Source: Pseudomonas aeruginosa (GTDB lineage Bacteria; Pseudomonadota; Gammaproteobacteria; Pseudomonadales; Pseudomonadaceae). From it: 32,000 bases of DNA. A program made the position numbers and the translations under genes. This document shows positions 16,760 to 25,993 of the stretch, piece by piece. The DNA is taken from NCBI RefSeq assembly GCF_001457615.1, contig NZ_LN831024.1, positions 5,760,001 through 5,792,000 of the forward strand, read 5' to 3'. A model generated the notes under the pieces. The model had not been told where the DNA came from, ran no database searches, and saw only the letters and a program-made list of their open reading frames with translations. How positions within the stretch are numbered: the stretch's first letter is position 1; each line of letters starts with the position of its first letter.

Positions 16760-18996
16760 TCAGTCAACCGTAAAATTGGGACTATAGGGTGTGGTGACAT
16801 CCCAGAACCGCAATAAATGGGTCGTTAGAGATTCACCATTTCGCTGCTGCTTCCAGTTCTTATCCATCTTCTGATTCCACAGCTTGAAGTTTTCTTCGGT
16901 CGTTTCGGCCAACTTATAAGCATGTGCCCCCCACAACTCCTCCCGCATCGCCCTCGCCAAATCCGGATTGGGTTGGGCAATCCCCAATTCGCTGTCGCTA
17001 TGCATGCTGCGGACATTGATATTGGCCGAGCTGAGCAGGGTATAGAGGTCGTCCACCAGCAGCAGCTTGGAGTGCACGTAGATGTGCTTGTAGCGCGCCT
17101 TCAGCGGCGGCGCCCCGAGGGCGGCCTCGGCTTCGGCGGACATGCGTACTGGCGGCGGGCTGCCGGGGGCGGGGTCGCTGGTGGCCAGGGTGGCGATGAC
17201 CACCTTGAGGCCGGGCACGTCGGCGAGCTGGTAGGGCTTGTCGTCCTCGCCGGTGTTCTTCGCCAGTTCGGGAATGTCCTGCGCGCCGAGACCGCCGAGG
17301 CGTTGCTCGACTTCCGGCGTCACGCCTTTCTCTTCGAGCGCCTCGATCTTGCGTTGCAGCCGTTCGATGTTGTTTTCCTGGCCGCGCCGGACATAGGGAT
17401 CGGGGTGCGGGTTTTCCCTGAGCTGCTTCAACTGCTCGCGCTTTTCCCGCAGGTCATGCGCCAGGTCGCGCTGCACTTGCGGCATCAGCTGCTCCTGGCC
17501 CAGGCCTTTCATCATGTCGTAGGTGGTCTTCGAGGCGTCGCTGGAGTCGGGGGTGTTGGTCACGACGAACAGGTACAGGTCGCCGGGCACGCCCCGGGCC
17601 TTGCGCACCTGCGCAGTCTTCCGCAGGCGCTCGGCGAAGCCGGCATAACGGAAGTACTGGTTTTCCATGTAGACGTAGTCGGTGGCATTGCCCAGGGCCT
17701 TGAGATAGTGCTCCAGGATCGAGCGCTCGTCGTCCTGCGGCTGGGTCCGGCAAATCTGCGCGACGCTGTTGCTGGCGGGCGTGGCGATCTTCGGCAGCGG
17801 CAAGGCGTCGCGCTCGGCGGTCAGCGATGGCGTCGAGAACCAGCGCTTGTACCACGGCGTCTCGAGGTCCCAGGCCTCGCTGAAGTTGCGGCTGAGGTCG
17901 GCCAGCACCGGGCCCTGGACCTGCATGGAGATATCCTGCCAGGGCCCGAACCCGGGATCGCGACCGGCGGCGCGGTCGTCGAACAGGTGGGCGCTGGTGT
18001 CCCAGTAGTTGCGGTGCATGTTGTGACCCATGACGAAGCCGATGGCCTGCGGGCTGCCATAGTCGACCAGGACCATCTTCTGGTGATGGCTGGCGAACTG
18101 GGTGAGTACCAGCAACTGGCCGATGCCCAGGTCGTCGATGCCATCGGCGCGCAGCAGGTGGATCAGGCTTTGCAGTCGCCCATTGACGAGGCGCACTTGC
18201 TCGCCGTTCATCACCGGTCTGGCCGTCTGCTCGAAGTCGCGGGTACGGAACTCGACGTTCTGCAACCCACCGCCGCGTACCGCCTTGAACCAGTCGCGGG
18301 TGAATATCTGCCCCCAGGGATCCTGGCGGGTGCCGCCGGAACCGCGCTTGCCGCCGTAGCCCTGGGCCTCGCTGCTGTCGAGAGTGCGCTGGATCTCGGC
18401 GTTCTCCGCCTCCAGCTCGGCGATGCGCGCCCGCGCGTGGCGGCGCCCCGCGGGTCGAAGCTCGGCAGCCTGCCTTCGCGGTGCAGCCGTTCCGAGCGCT
18501 CCAGGGCTTCCTGCTGCCGCGCGATGAGGTTGAGGTTATGCTGGCGCCGCTGCTCCAGTCGCAGCACCTCGTTGTCCACCGCGCTGCCGCTGGCGACGCC
18601 CGAGCCCGCCCAGGTGCCGCCGGAACCGCCGACGCCGGCCCCGGGGATGGTGTTTTCCTTGAGCCTGGCGAGCTGGTTGCTCCAGACCAGCACCCGCGCC
18701 TGCACCCCTTCGCGGCCCTTCGTCTGCAGCAATTCGCCGATTCGCGGTCCGTCGGGGCGTTTGAAGCGCATGGCCGGGTCGAAGCCCCAGGTGATGATGT
18801 CGATGCTCTGCCGGGCCGCTTCCATCGCCGCATGCACCGCGTCGAAGGCCGCCTGGCCATTGATCAGCGGCTTGATGTGCACACCCGCGCGCGGTGGGTA
18901 GAAGGCCTTGTTGGCGAACCAGTCGAGGGTCAGCCGGACGCTGCCGGCCTGTTGCGCGTACAGCTTGAGGGTCTGCGGTTTGTACAGGTCGCTCAT
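16760..18996 (-). pseudogene. pldB: Phospholipase D superfamily T6SS effector (PldB/Tle5b-like), reading frame interrupted by an apparent 1-nt frameshift
   Basis: Two HKD motifs sit in the downstream ORF (HHQKMVLVD and HSKLLLVDD...NINVRS). The PLD N-terminus is in ORF 18211..18996, in a different frame. The span is 2237 nt, which is not a multiple of 3. Plausible protein sequence switches frame around 18425-18455. A sequencing error cannot be excluded. Confidence 0.75.
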
Positions 18997-21365
18997 GGCG
19001 TGGGGTCATCCTTGTCGGCGGCGCCGGGCCGCGAGGCGTCGCGCCGGTAGGCGTCCGGGGCGGAACGCGGCTTGTGCTGGGGCATTTCCGCCCGGTAGTC
19101 ACGGAACCCCTGCTGGGCGAGCCGATCGTCGGCCTGCAGTGCGTCCGGTTGGTCGACCATCTCCACTTCGTAGGCGTGGCCATTGGCGGTCTCGATACGA
19201 TAGGTGCGTTCGCCCGGCAGCGGTTCGAAGCTGATTGCGCCGCCTTCGTCGGCGATGCCCTCCTCCTTGAAGGCACCGTTGGCGTAGAGCCGATACGGTT
19301 GCCTGGCCGCCGATGCCACGCCGGGCAACGGACTGAGTTCGAAACGCAGGAGTTTCTGCGGCGCTTCGCCGATCTTCTGGGCGATGGCTCCCAACAAGGC
19401 GCCTCCCGCCGCCGCGGCGTCGGCCGCGAGCGGTTGCAGCGGCGACAGCGCGCGAACGCCGCTACCGATGCCGGGGCTGCCGCCGCTGTTGATCATCACC
19501 TGGGCGCCGTCGAGGGTGACACCGACCGGGTCGAGCCTGGCGAAGCTGCCACCGCCCTTTAGGGTCAGCTCCATGCCTGCCTCGATCACTACCTTGTCGC
19601 CGGCCTTGAAATGGATCTCGTCGCCCGCCTCGACGAACTGGCCGGTGCCGATCCTCAGGTGCAACGCGTCGGCGACGCTGAGGTGGTCGGCCGCCTTCAG
19701 TTCGACCTTGCGGTCGGCATGGACCGTGCGCTGTTCCTCGGCCCTGAACTCGCTGTAGCTATCACCCTCGACCGTGTCGTGGCGCTCGTGGCCGACGCGG
19801 ATCTTCTGGTCGTGCTCGATGTTCTCGTCCCAGTCGCGCTGGGCGTGGACGAAGATCTGTTCCTGGCCCTTGCGGTCCTCGATGCGCAGTTCGTTGAAAC
19901 CGCCGCCGCCGGGGTAGCTGTCGGTCTTGAAAACGCTGCGGGTCTTGTTCTGCGGCAGCTCGTAGGGCACCCGGTTTTCGCTGTGGTAGAGGCAGCCGGT
20001 GACCAGCGGCTGATCCGGATCGCCCTCCAGGAAACCCACCAGGACTTCCATGCCCACCCGCGGGATGGCGACGCCGCCATAGCGCTTGCCCGCCCAGTTG
20101 GAGGCGACGCGCAACCAGCAACTGGTGTTGTCGTCGGCCTGGCCGAGGCGATCCCAGAAGAACTGCACCTTGACCCGGCCGTATTGGTCGCAGTGGATGG
20201 TCTCGCCGGCGGGGCCGGTCACGACCGCTGTCTGACAGCCCAGCACGCGTGGCCTGGGATGCTCCAGCGGGGGGCGGAAATGCGCGCTCCAGGGAGTGGC
20301 GACGAAACGGTTGCGATAGCCCTGGCGGAAATCGCCCCGGCCCTGCGCGACGTCGCTGTCGATCGACTCTTCCAGTACCTGCGGCTGCCGCCCTTCGTGG
20401 AGAACCTCGGTAAGCAGCCAGAGATCGTTCCATTCGCCGCGGGGATGCGCGGACAGCGTCAGGAAGTGTCCGCTGAGCAGCGCCGGTTCGTCGCTTTCGC
20501 CCCTGGCCTGTAGGTAGTCGGCGCGATGCCGTTCCAGCGCGCGCCGGCTCAGGTGCTTGCCGCGCTCGCGGTGGGTGAAGCGGCCGGGATAGTCGTAGTC
20601 CTCCAGGTCCGGTTGCTGCGCCCCGGGCTGCGGGCCATGGGCGGCCTGCATCTGCAACGCGGGTTGCTCGAAGTCGTAGTCGCGCCGGGTAACCCGGCTG
20701 GCACGGGTGTCGAAGCGCACGCCGAAGCGCTTGACCACCGGCTGGTCGGCGACCAGCCCGGCGTCCTGCACGTAGGCGACGGGGCGTTGCAGCCGCGGAA
20801 AGGAGGTCTGGTCGTCGCCGAAGACCAGCATATGGCCCTGGGCAGAAAACTCATGGTGGTAATGGATGCCTTCCTCCTCGCAGAGCCTGCTGAGGAACGC
20901 CAGGTCGGTTTCGTCGTACTGCGTGCAGTATTCGCGGGCCGGGTACGGCGTCGGGCCCAGCTGGAAGCGGTAGGCGTCGGCGAGAACGCCGTGGCCCTCC
21001 AGCACCCGGCCGATGATTTCCGGCACGCTGAGGCGCTGGAAGATGCGTTGGTCGCTGCACAGCCCCAGGTAGGCCAGGCGCGGCTCCAGGGTCGCGCGAT
21101 AGCCGGTCAGGCGCTTGCCGGAGTCCCCCTGGGCGATGCTGGTGAGCTGTCCGTGGACCCCTTGCCCGCTCGGCGAGAGGATCAGGAAGGCCGGCTGGTG
21201 CAGCAGCGCGTCGAGGTCCAGATCGGATCGCTCGCTGACCAGCTCCAGGTCGAAGCGAAAGGGCTGGCTGATGGCTTCGCGACCGCGGAAGGCGAGTACC
21301 TGGAAGTCGTGCCGGAGGTTTTCGATGCGAAGGCTGAAGTGCGTCTGGTTGGCGGGGGCGAACAT
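18993..21365 (-). CDS. vgrG: T6SS spike protein VgrG with a C-terminal extension of about 158 aa, 790 aa total
   Basis: The N-terminus is typical of VgrG (FRFDLELVS, gp27-like) and is followed by a gp5-like beta-helix region (VHADRKVELKAADHLSV...). GAGGA RBS. The stop overlaps the pldB ATG (ATGA). The position matches what I recall as VgrG5/PA5090. Confidence 0.93.
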   Translation of the reverse strand: MFAPANQTHFSLRIENLRHDFQVLAFRGREAISQPFRFDLELVSERSDLDLDALLHQPAFLILSPSGQGVHGQLTSIAQGDSGKRLTGYRATLEPRLAYLGLCSDQRIFQRLSVPEIIGRVLEGHGVLADAYRFQLGPTPYPAREYCTQYDETDLAFLSRLCEEEGIHYHHEFSAQGHMLVFGDDQTSFPRLQRPVAYVQDAGLVADQPVVKRFGVRFDTRASRVTRRDYDFEQPALQMQAAHGPQPGAQQPDLEDYDYPGRFTHRERGKHLSRRALERHRADYLQARGESDEPALLSGHFLTLSAHPRGEWNDLWLLTEVLHEGRQPQVLEESIDSDVAQGRGDFRQGYRNRFVATPWSAHFRPPLEHPRPRVLGCQTAVVTGPAGETIHCDQYGRVKVQFFWDRLGQADDNTSCWLRVASNWAGKRYGGVAIPRVGMEVLVGFLEGDPDQPLVTGCLYHSENRVPYELPQNKTRSVFKTDSYPGGGGFNELRIEDRKGQEQIFVHAQRDWDENIEHDQKIRVGHERHDTVEGDSYSEFRAEEQRTVHADRKVELKAADHLSVADALHLRIGTGQFVEAGDEIHFKAGDKVVIEAGMELTLKGGGSFARLDPVGVTLDGAQVMINSGGSPGIGSGVRALSPLQPLAADAAAAGGALLGAIAQKIGEAPQKLLRFELSPLPGVASAARQPYRLYANGAFKEEGIADEGGAISFEPLPGERTYRIETANGHAYEVEMVDQPDALQADDRLAQQGFRDYRAEMPQHKPRSAPDAYRRDASRPGAADKDDPTP

Positions 21366-21635
21366 TCACTGTCCTCTTGGAAACGCAGCCGTGCGTTCCT
21401 GGCGTATTCGGTTCCGGGCGCGACGCGCCTGCGCCCGCGCGATGGAAATGCTGGCCGAGAGGATAGAGGAGAACAGTTGTGCAACTCTTTGCGCACTCGG
21501 CCTCCCGGCCGCATCAACGCTGACCTCAATAAATTTGTAACAGAAAATTTCCAGAATGCCGACGCGGACGCCCCACCCCATCCGCGGCATTCACGTCCGC
21601 CAGGACGGGCCAGGCGTCCGCCGCCTCCGAGCGCC
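21366..21635 (-). promoter_or_regulatory. vgrG upstream region with an AT-rich patch; also the hutG 3' flank
   Basis: 270-bp non-coding gap. It contains the locally AT-rich CTCAATAAATTTGTAACAGAAAATTTCCAGAAT (about 21525-21557) and inverted repeats GCGGACG..CGTCCGC (21564-21600). No consensus promoter could be assigned. Confidence 0.3.
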
Positions 21636-22436
21636 TCAGGCGTAGCGCTCGTGCCCCCAGGCGAGGAGGCTTTCCAGCAGTTCGCGGATGACCGCGCGGG
21701 TCGCTTCGGCGAGGTCCGCGCGGTAAGCGAACGGGGCCTGCTCGTCCATGTAGGTGCACTGCGCCAGCTCCAGCTGGACGGCATGGACGTGCTGCTCCGG
21801 CTGGCCGTAGTGGCGGGTGATGTGGCCGCCCTTGAAGCGCCCGTTGAGCACATGGCTGTAGCCTTCGGCGGCAGCGCAGACCGCCTCCAGGCGGGCCGCC
21901 AGCGCTGGATCGCAACTGGCGCCGGCGTTGGTGCCGAGATTGAAGTCGGGCAGTCGGCCGTCGAACAGGTGCGGCACGTGGGAACGGATCGAGTGGGCGT
22001 CCCAGAGCAGCGCGTAGCCGAACTCGGCCTTCAGCCGCGCCAGTTGCTCGGCGATGGTCCGGTGGTAGGGCGTCCACACTTCGGCCAGGTAGCGCATGCG
22101 TTCCTCGGCGGACGGCGCCATGCCTTCGCGGTAGAGCGGCCGGCCGTCGAACAGGGTGTCCGGATACAGGCCGGTAGTGGCGGTGCTGTACAGCGGCTTG
22201 TCGTCGGAAGGGCGGTTGAGATCGACTACATAGCGCGAATAGTGGGCAGCCAGGGTGCTGGCGCCCAGTTCCTCGGCGAAATCGTAGAGCCGGGGAATGT
22301 GCCAGTCGGTATCGGTCAGCGCCCGCGCCTCCTCCACCAGGCCGGCGTCCACCGCCGGGGTCAGGCGCGTGCCGGGGTGCGGCATGCTGATCAGTAGCGG
22401 CACGCGGCCGCGCTTGAAACTCAGGACTTCATCCAC
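21636..22436 (-). CDS. hutG: N-formylglutamate amidohydrolase, 266 aa
   Basis: The ORF track gives 21636..22610. Start set at the GTG at 22436 ([23 protein letters not shown]...), with GAGGAGG 6 nt upstream. FGase family features. Overlaps the hutI stop by 8 nt. Confidence 0.88.
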   Translation of the reverse strand: MDEVLSFKRGRVPLLISMPHPGTRLTPAVDAGLVEEARALTDTDWHIPRLYDFAEELGASTLAAHYSRYVVDLNRPSDDKPLYSTATTGLYPDTLFDGRPLYREGMAPSAEERMRYLAEVWTPYHRTIAEQLARLKAEFGYALLWDAHSIRSHVPHLFDGRLPDFNLGTNAGASCDPALAARLEAVCAAAEGYSHVLNGRFKGGHITRHYGQPEQHVHAVQLELAQCTYMDEQAPFAYRADLAEATRAVIRELLESLLAWGHERYA

Positions 22437-23637
22437 GGTATACCTCCTCGGCGTGGCGAATGACGCGTTTCGGCAGATCGCCACCCAGCCAGTAGGCCAG
22501 CTCCGCCGGACGCTCGATGTCCCAGGCGACGAAGTCGGCCAGCTTGCCGACCTCCAGGCTGCCGTGGCGGGCTTCCAGCCCCAGCGCCCGGGCGGCGTGC
22601 AGGGTGACACCGGCCAGCGCCTCCTCCGGGGTCAGGCGGAACAGGGTACAGGCCATGTTCAGCATCAGGCGCAACGACAGCGCCGGCGAGGTGCCGGGAT
22701 TGAGATCGCTGGCAATGGCCATGGCCACCCCGTGCCGGCGCAGGGCATCGATCGGCGGCAGCTGGGTCTCGCGCAGCAGGTAGAAGGCGCCCGGCAGCAG
22801 CACCGCGACGGTGCCCGCCTCGCCCATGGCGCGGGCGTCGTCCTCGGTCATGTACTCCAGGTGGTCGGCCGACAAAGCCCGGTAGCGCGCCGCCAGGCTG
22901 GAACCGTGCAGCGAGGATAGCTGCTCGGCGTGCAGCTTCACCGGCAGGCCCAGCTCGCGGGCGGCGATGAATACCCGCTCGACCTGCGCCGGGGAAAACG
23001 CCAGGTGCTCGCAGAAGGCGTCCACCGCGTCCACCAGTCCCTCCCCGGCCAGCGCGGGGAGCATCGTCGAGCAGATATGCTCGATGTAGTCGTCGGCGCG
23101 CCCGGCGTATTCCGGCGGTAGCGCATGGGCAGCCAGGCAGGTGCTGCGCACGGTCGCCGGCAGGCGTTCGCCGAGGCGGCGGATGACCCGCAGCATCTTG
23201 CGCTCGCTGGCCAGGTCGAGGCCGTAGCCGGACTTGATCTCCAGCGCCGTCACGCCGTCGCGCAGCAAGGGCTCCAGGCGCTTGCGCGCGCTGGCCAGCA
23301 ATTCTTCCTCGCTGGCCTCGCGGGTGGCGCGTACGGTGCTGGCGATGCCGCCGCCGGCGGCGGCGATCTCGGCGTAGCTGACGCCCTCCAGGCGCTGCTC
23401 GAATTCGCCGCTGCGGTTGCCGCCGAACACCGCGTGGGTGTGGCAGTCGATCAACCCCGGGGTCAGCCAGGCGCCATCGAGGTCGATGCGTTCGGCGTAG
23501 TCGCCGGGCGGCAGTTCGGCGCGCGGGCCGATCCAGTGGATCAGCGGACCGTCGGTGACCAGGGCGGCGTCCTCGACGATCGAGTACTTGCCGCCCTTGA
23601 GGGTGGCGGCATGGCAATGCTGCCAGAGTCGTTTCAT
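22429..23637 (-). CDS. hutI: Imidazolonepropionase, 402 aa
   Basis: Amidohydrolase metal-binding motif [12 protein letters not shown] and typical HutI length and sequence. ATGA overlap with the upstream gene. Confidence 0.95.
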   Translation of the reverse strand: MKRLWQHCHAATLKGGKYSIVEDAALVTDGPLIHWIGPRAELPPGDYAERIDLDGAWLTPGLIDCHTHAVFGGNRSGEFEQRLEGVSYAEIAAAGGGIASTVRATREASEEELLASARKRLEPLLRDGVTALEIKSGYGLDLASERKMLRVIRRLGERLPATVRSTCLAAHALPPEYAGRADDYIEHICSTMLPALAGEGLVDAVDAFCEHLAFSPAQVERVFIAARELGLPVKLHAEQLSSLHGSSLAARYRALSADHLEYMTEDDARAMGEAGTVAVLLPGAFYLLRETQLPPIDALRRHGVAMAIASDLNPGTSPALSLRLMLNMACTLFRLTPEEALAGVTLHAARALGLEARHGSLEVGKLADFVAWDIERPAELAYWLGGDLPKRVIRHAEEVYRG

Positions 23638-25166
23638 TGCAGGTCTCCTATGCTCGCGGCCAGCCGGGCGAGACTCTTCCGCTCGCCGAGGATGGCCGCC
23701 GCGCTGGCGATGTCGGGAGCCAGCCAGCGGTCGGTGTCGTACGCGGGCACGCGCTCGCGCAGGATGCCCCAGGCCGCCGCGGTGCCCTGGCCGAAGCGTT
23801 GCGGGGCGAGGAATTCGAAGGCCTGGGCGGCCAGCAGGTACTCGATGGCGAGGATCCGCCGGAGGTTCTCCAGGGCCCTGCCAAGCTTGAGCGCGGCACT
23901 GGTGCCGAGGCTCAGGTGGTCCTCCTGGAGCGCCGAGGTGACGAAGTTGTCGACCACCGCCGGCTGCGCCAGCTGGCGGTTCTCGCCAGCCAGGGAGGCG
24001 GCGACGTACTGGGTGATCATCATCCCCGAGTTGACTCCCGGCTTGCCCACCAGGAACGCCGGCAGGCCGCTGACCAGCGGGTTGACCAGGCGATCCAGGC
24101 GCCGCTCGGCGACCCCGCCCAGCTCGGCCACGGCGATCGCCAGCAGGTCGGCGGCCATCGCCACCGATTCGCCGTGGGGATTGGCCTGGGATACCACCCG
24201 GTAGGCCTCCGGCGTACCCAGCAGCAGCGGGTTGTCGGTGGCCGAGTTGAGTTCGGTCTCTATCTGCCGCGCCGCGTGGGCCAACTGGTCACGGCAGGCG
24301 CCATGGATCTGCGGTATCGAGCGGATGCTCAGGGCATCCTGGGTGCGGATGCCGCGGGCGTTCTCCAGCACCTGGCTGCCAGCCAGCAAGGCCCGCAGAT
24401 TGGCGGCGACCCGCTGCATCCCGGGATGCGGCTTGAGCGCAACGATCTCGGCGTCGAACGCCGCCAGTTGGCCGCGCAGGGCCTCGAAGCTCATCGCCCC
24501 GATCACGTCGGCCCACTGCGCCAGGCGCTGCGCGTCGTCCAGGGCCAGGCAGGCGAGGCCGGTCATGCACGGCGTGCCGTTGACCAGGCAGAGCCCGTCC
24601 TTGGCTCCCAGGCGCACCGTCGCCAGGCCTTCCGCCGCCAACGCGGCGGCGGCCGGCACGACGCTGCCGCGGTAGCTGACCTCGCCGATGCCGAGCAGGG
24701 CGATGCCGACGTGCGCCATGTGGGTCAGGTAGCCCACCGAGCCCTGGGCCGGCACCTGCGGGGTAATGCCGTGGTTGAGCAGCGCCAGCAGCCCTTCCAC
24801 CAGCGAACGGTCGAGCCCGGACTTGCCCTGGCTGTAGTTGGCGACGGCGGCACAGATGATCGCCCGGGTCTGTTCGTCGCGCAGCGGCTCGCCGACCCCG
24901 CAGGCATGGCTGAGCAAGGTGTTGCGCGACAGCTCGGCGAGCTGCTCGCCTTCCAGCAGGACGTCGCACAGCGCGCCGAGGCCGGTACTGATGCCGTAGG
25001 CACGCTCGCCGTTGGCGACGATACGGCAGACGATGGCGCGGGCGTTGTCGATCCGTGCCCAGGCCGCCGCCGACAGTTCCAGGCGCGCACCGTGCCGGGC
25101 CACCGCGACCAGTTCCTGCCAACGCAGCGGGCCGTCGCCGAACACGACGCTCGGTAGGTCGCTCAT
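23634..25166 (-). CDS. Histidine/phenylalanine ammonia-lyase family paralogue lacking the MIO-forming Ala-Ser-Gly triad, 510 aa
   Basis: Similar to HutH along its whole length ([25 protein letters not shown]). It reads [11 protein letters not shown] where HutH in this window reads [18 protein letters not shown] overlaps at both ends. Confidence 0.85.
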   Translation of the reverse strand: MSDLPSVVFGDGPLRWQELVAVARHGARLELSAAAWARIDNARAIVCRIVANGERAYGISTGLGALCDVLLEGEQLAELSRNTLLSHACGVGEPLRDEQTRAIICAAVANYSQGKSGLDRSLVEGLLALLNHGITPQVPAQGSVGYLTHMAHVGIALLGIGEVSYRGSVVPAAAALAAEGLATVRLGAKDGLCLVNGTPCMTGLACLALDDAQRLAQWADVIGAMSFEALRGQLAAFDAEIVALKPHPGMQRVAANLRALLAGSQVLENARGIRTQDALSIRSIPQIHGACRDQLAHAARQIETELNSATDNPLLLGTPEAYRVVSQANPHGESVAMAADLLAIAVAELGGVAERRLDRLVNPLVSGLPAFLVGKPGVNSGMMITQYVAASLAGENRQLAQPAVVDNFVTSALQEDHLSLGTSAALKLGRALENLRRILAIEYLLAAQAFEFLAPQRFGQGTAAAWGILRERVPAYDTDRWLAPDIASAAAILGERKSLARLAASIGDLQ

Positions 25167-25993
25167 AGGTTCGCCACCCGCCGCTGGACGAAGCGGTCGA
25201 CGTAGTCGTCGGCCGGCTGGTGGAGGATTTCCCGTGGTGTGCCGACCTGGATCAGTTGGCCGTCCTTGAGGATCGCGATGCGGTTGCCGATGCGTACCGC
25301 CTCGTCGAGGTCATGGGTGATGAAGACGATGGTCTTGTGCAGGGTTTTCTGCAGTTCCAGCAACTGGTCCTGCATGTCCGCGCGGATCAACGGGTCGAGG
25401 GCGCTGAAGGCCTCGTCCATGAGAATGATCTCGGTGTCGGCGGCCAGCGCGCGGGCCAGGCCAACGCGCTGGCGCATGCCACCGGAAAGCTGGTGCGGAT
25501 AGGACTTCTCGTAGCCCTTCAGGCCCACCGTGGCGATCCAGTGCAGGGCCCGCTCGTGGCACTGCGCCCGGCTTTCGCCGCGAACCTTCAGGCCGTAGGC
25601 GACATTGTCGAGCACGCTCTTGTGCGGCAGCAGGCCGAAACTCTGGAACACCATGCTGATCTTGCGCCGGCGGAATTGCCGGAGGGCTTCCATGTCGTAG
25701 CGCAGGATGTCCTCGCCATCCACCAGGATCTCGCCGCTGGTGGGGTCGATCAGGCGGTTGAAGTGGCGCACCAGGGTCGACTTGCCGGAACCCGACAGGC
25801 CCATGATCACGAAGATCTCGCCAGCGCCGATGGACAGCGACAGGTCGTTGACGCCGACCACGCAGCCGGTCTGCGCCAGCACTTCGGCCTTGCTGCGTCC
25901 CTGGCGGATCAGCGCCAGCGCGGCATCGGCGCGCGGGCCGAAGATCTTGAACACGTTCTTCACTTCGATCTTGTTCATCTGCGCACCGCTCAT
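25163..25993 (-). CDS. ProV-type ABC transporter ATPase without CBS domains (HutV-like), 276 aa
   Basis: The ORF track's 801-aa ORF is an upstream read-through artefact. Start set at the ATG at 25993 ([19 protein letters not shown]), which overlaps the permease stop (ATGA). Walker [10 protein letters not shown], signature [15 protein letters not shown], Walker [12 protein letters not shown]. Confidence 0.9.
   Translation of the reverse strand: MSGAQMNKIEVKNVFKIFGPRADAALALIRQGRSKAEVLAQTGCVVGVNDLSLSIGAGEIFVIMGLSGSGKSTLVRHFNRLIDPTSGEILVDGEDILRYDMEALRQFRRRKISMVFQSFGLLPHKSVLDNVAYGLKVRGESRAQCHERALHWIATVGLKGYEKSYPHQLSGGMRQRVGLARALAADTEIILMDEAFSALDPLIRADMQDQLLELQKTLHKTIVFITHDLDEAVRIGNRIAILKDGQLIQVGTPREILHQPADDYVDRFVQRRVANL

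Noticed and set aside
16922-18901. 659-aa plus-strand ORF antisense to pldB, and the 468-aa minus-strand ORF 17454..18860 in the third frame
   Set aside because: Both have the compositional-artefact look (Arg/Ala/Gly/Pro-rich, no motifs). The HKD-bearing frames explain the region.
21478-21500. Possible sigma-54 promoter upstream of vgrG (minus strand GAGTGCGCAAAGAGTTGCAC)
   Set aside because: The -12 TTGCA is present, but the -24 element lacks the invariant GG at the correct spacing.
21366-21590. 74-aa ORF ending directly at the vgrG start codon (TGAATG), a possible upstream ORF or small protein
   Set aside because: Its codon usage is atypical for this genome (AGA, GGA, CGA, ATA, TGT, AAA, TTT, ATT codons). 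There is no RBS, and it covers the AT-rich, presumably regulatory patch. Treated as non-coding, though not formally excluded.
20526-22397. 623-aa plus-strand ORF spanning the vgrG 5' end, the intergenic gap and hutG
   Set aside because: It is antisense to two supported genes and crosses a non-coding gap. A high-GC artefact.
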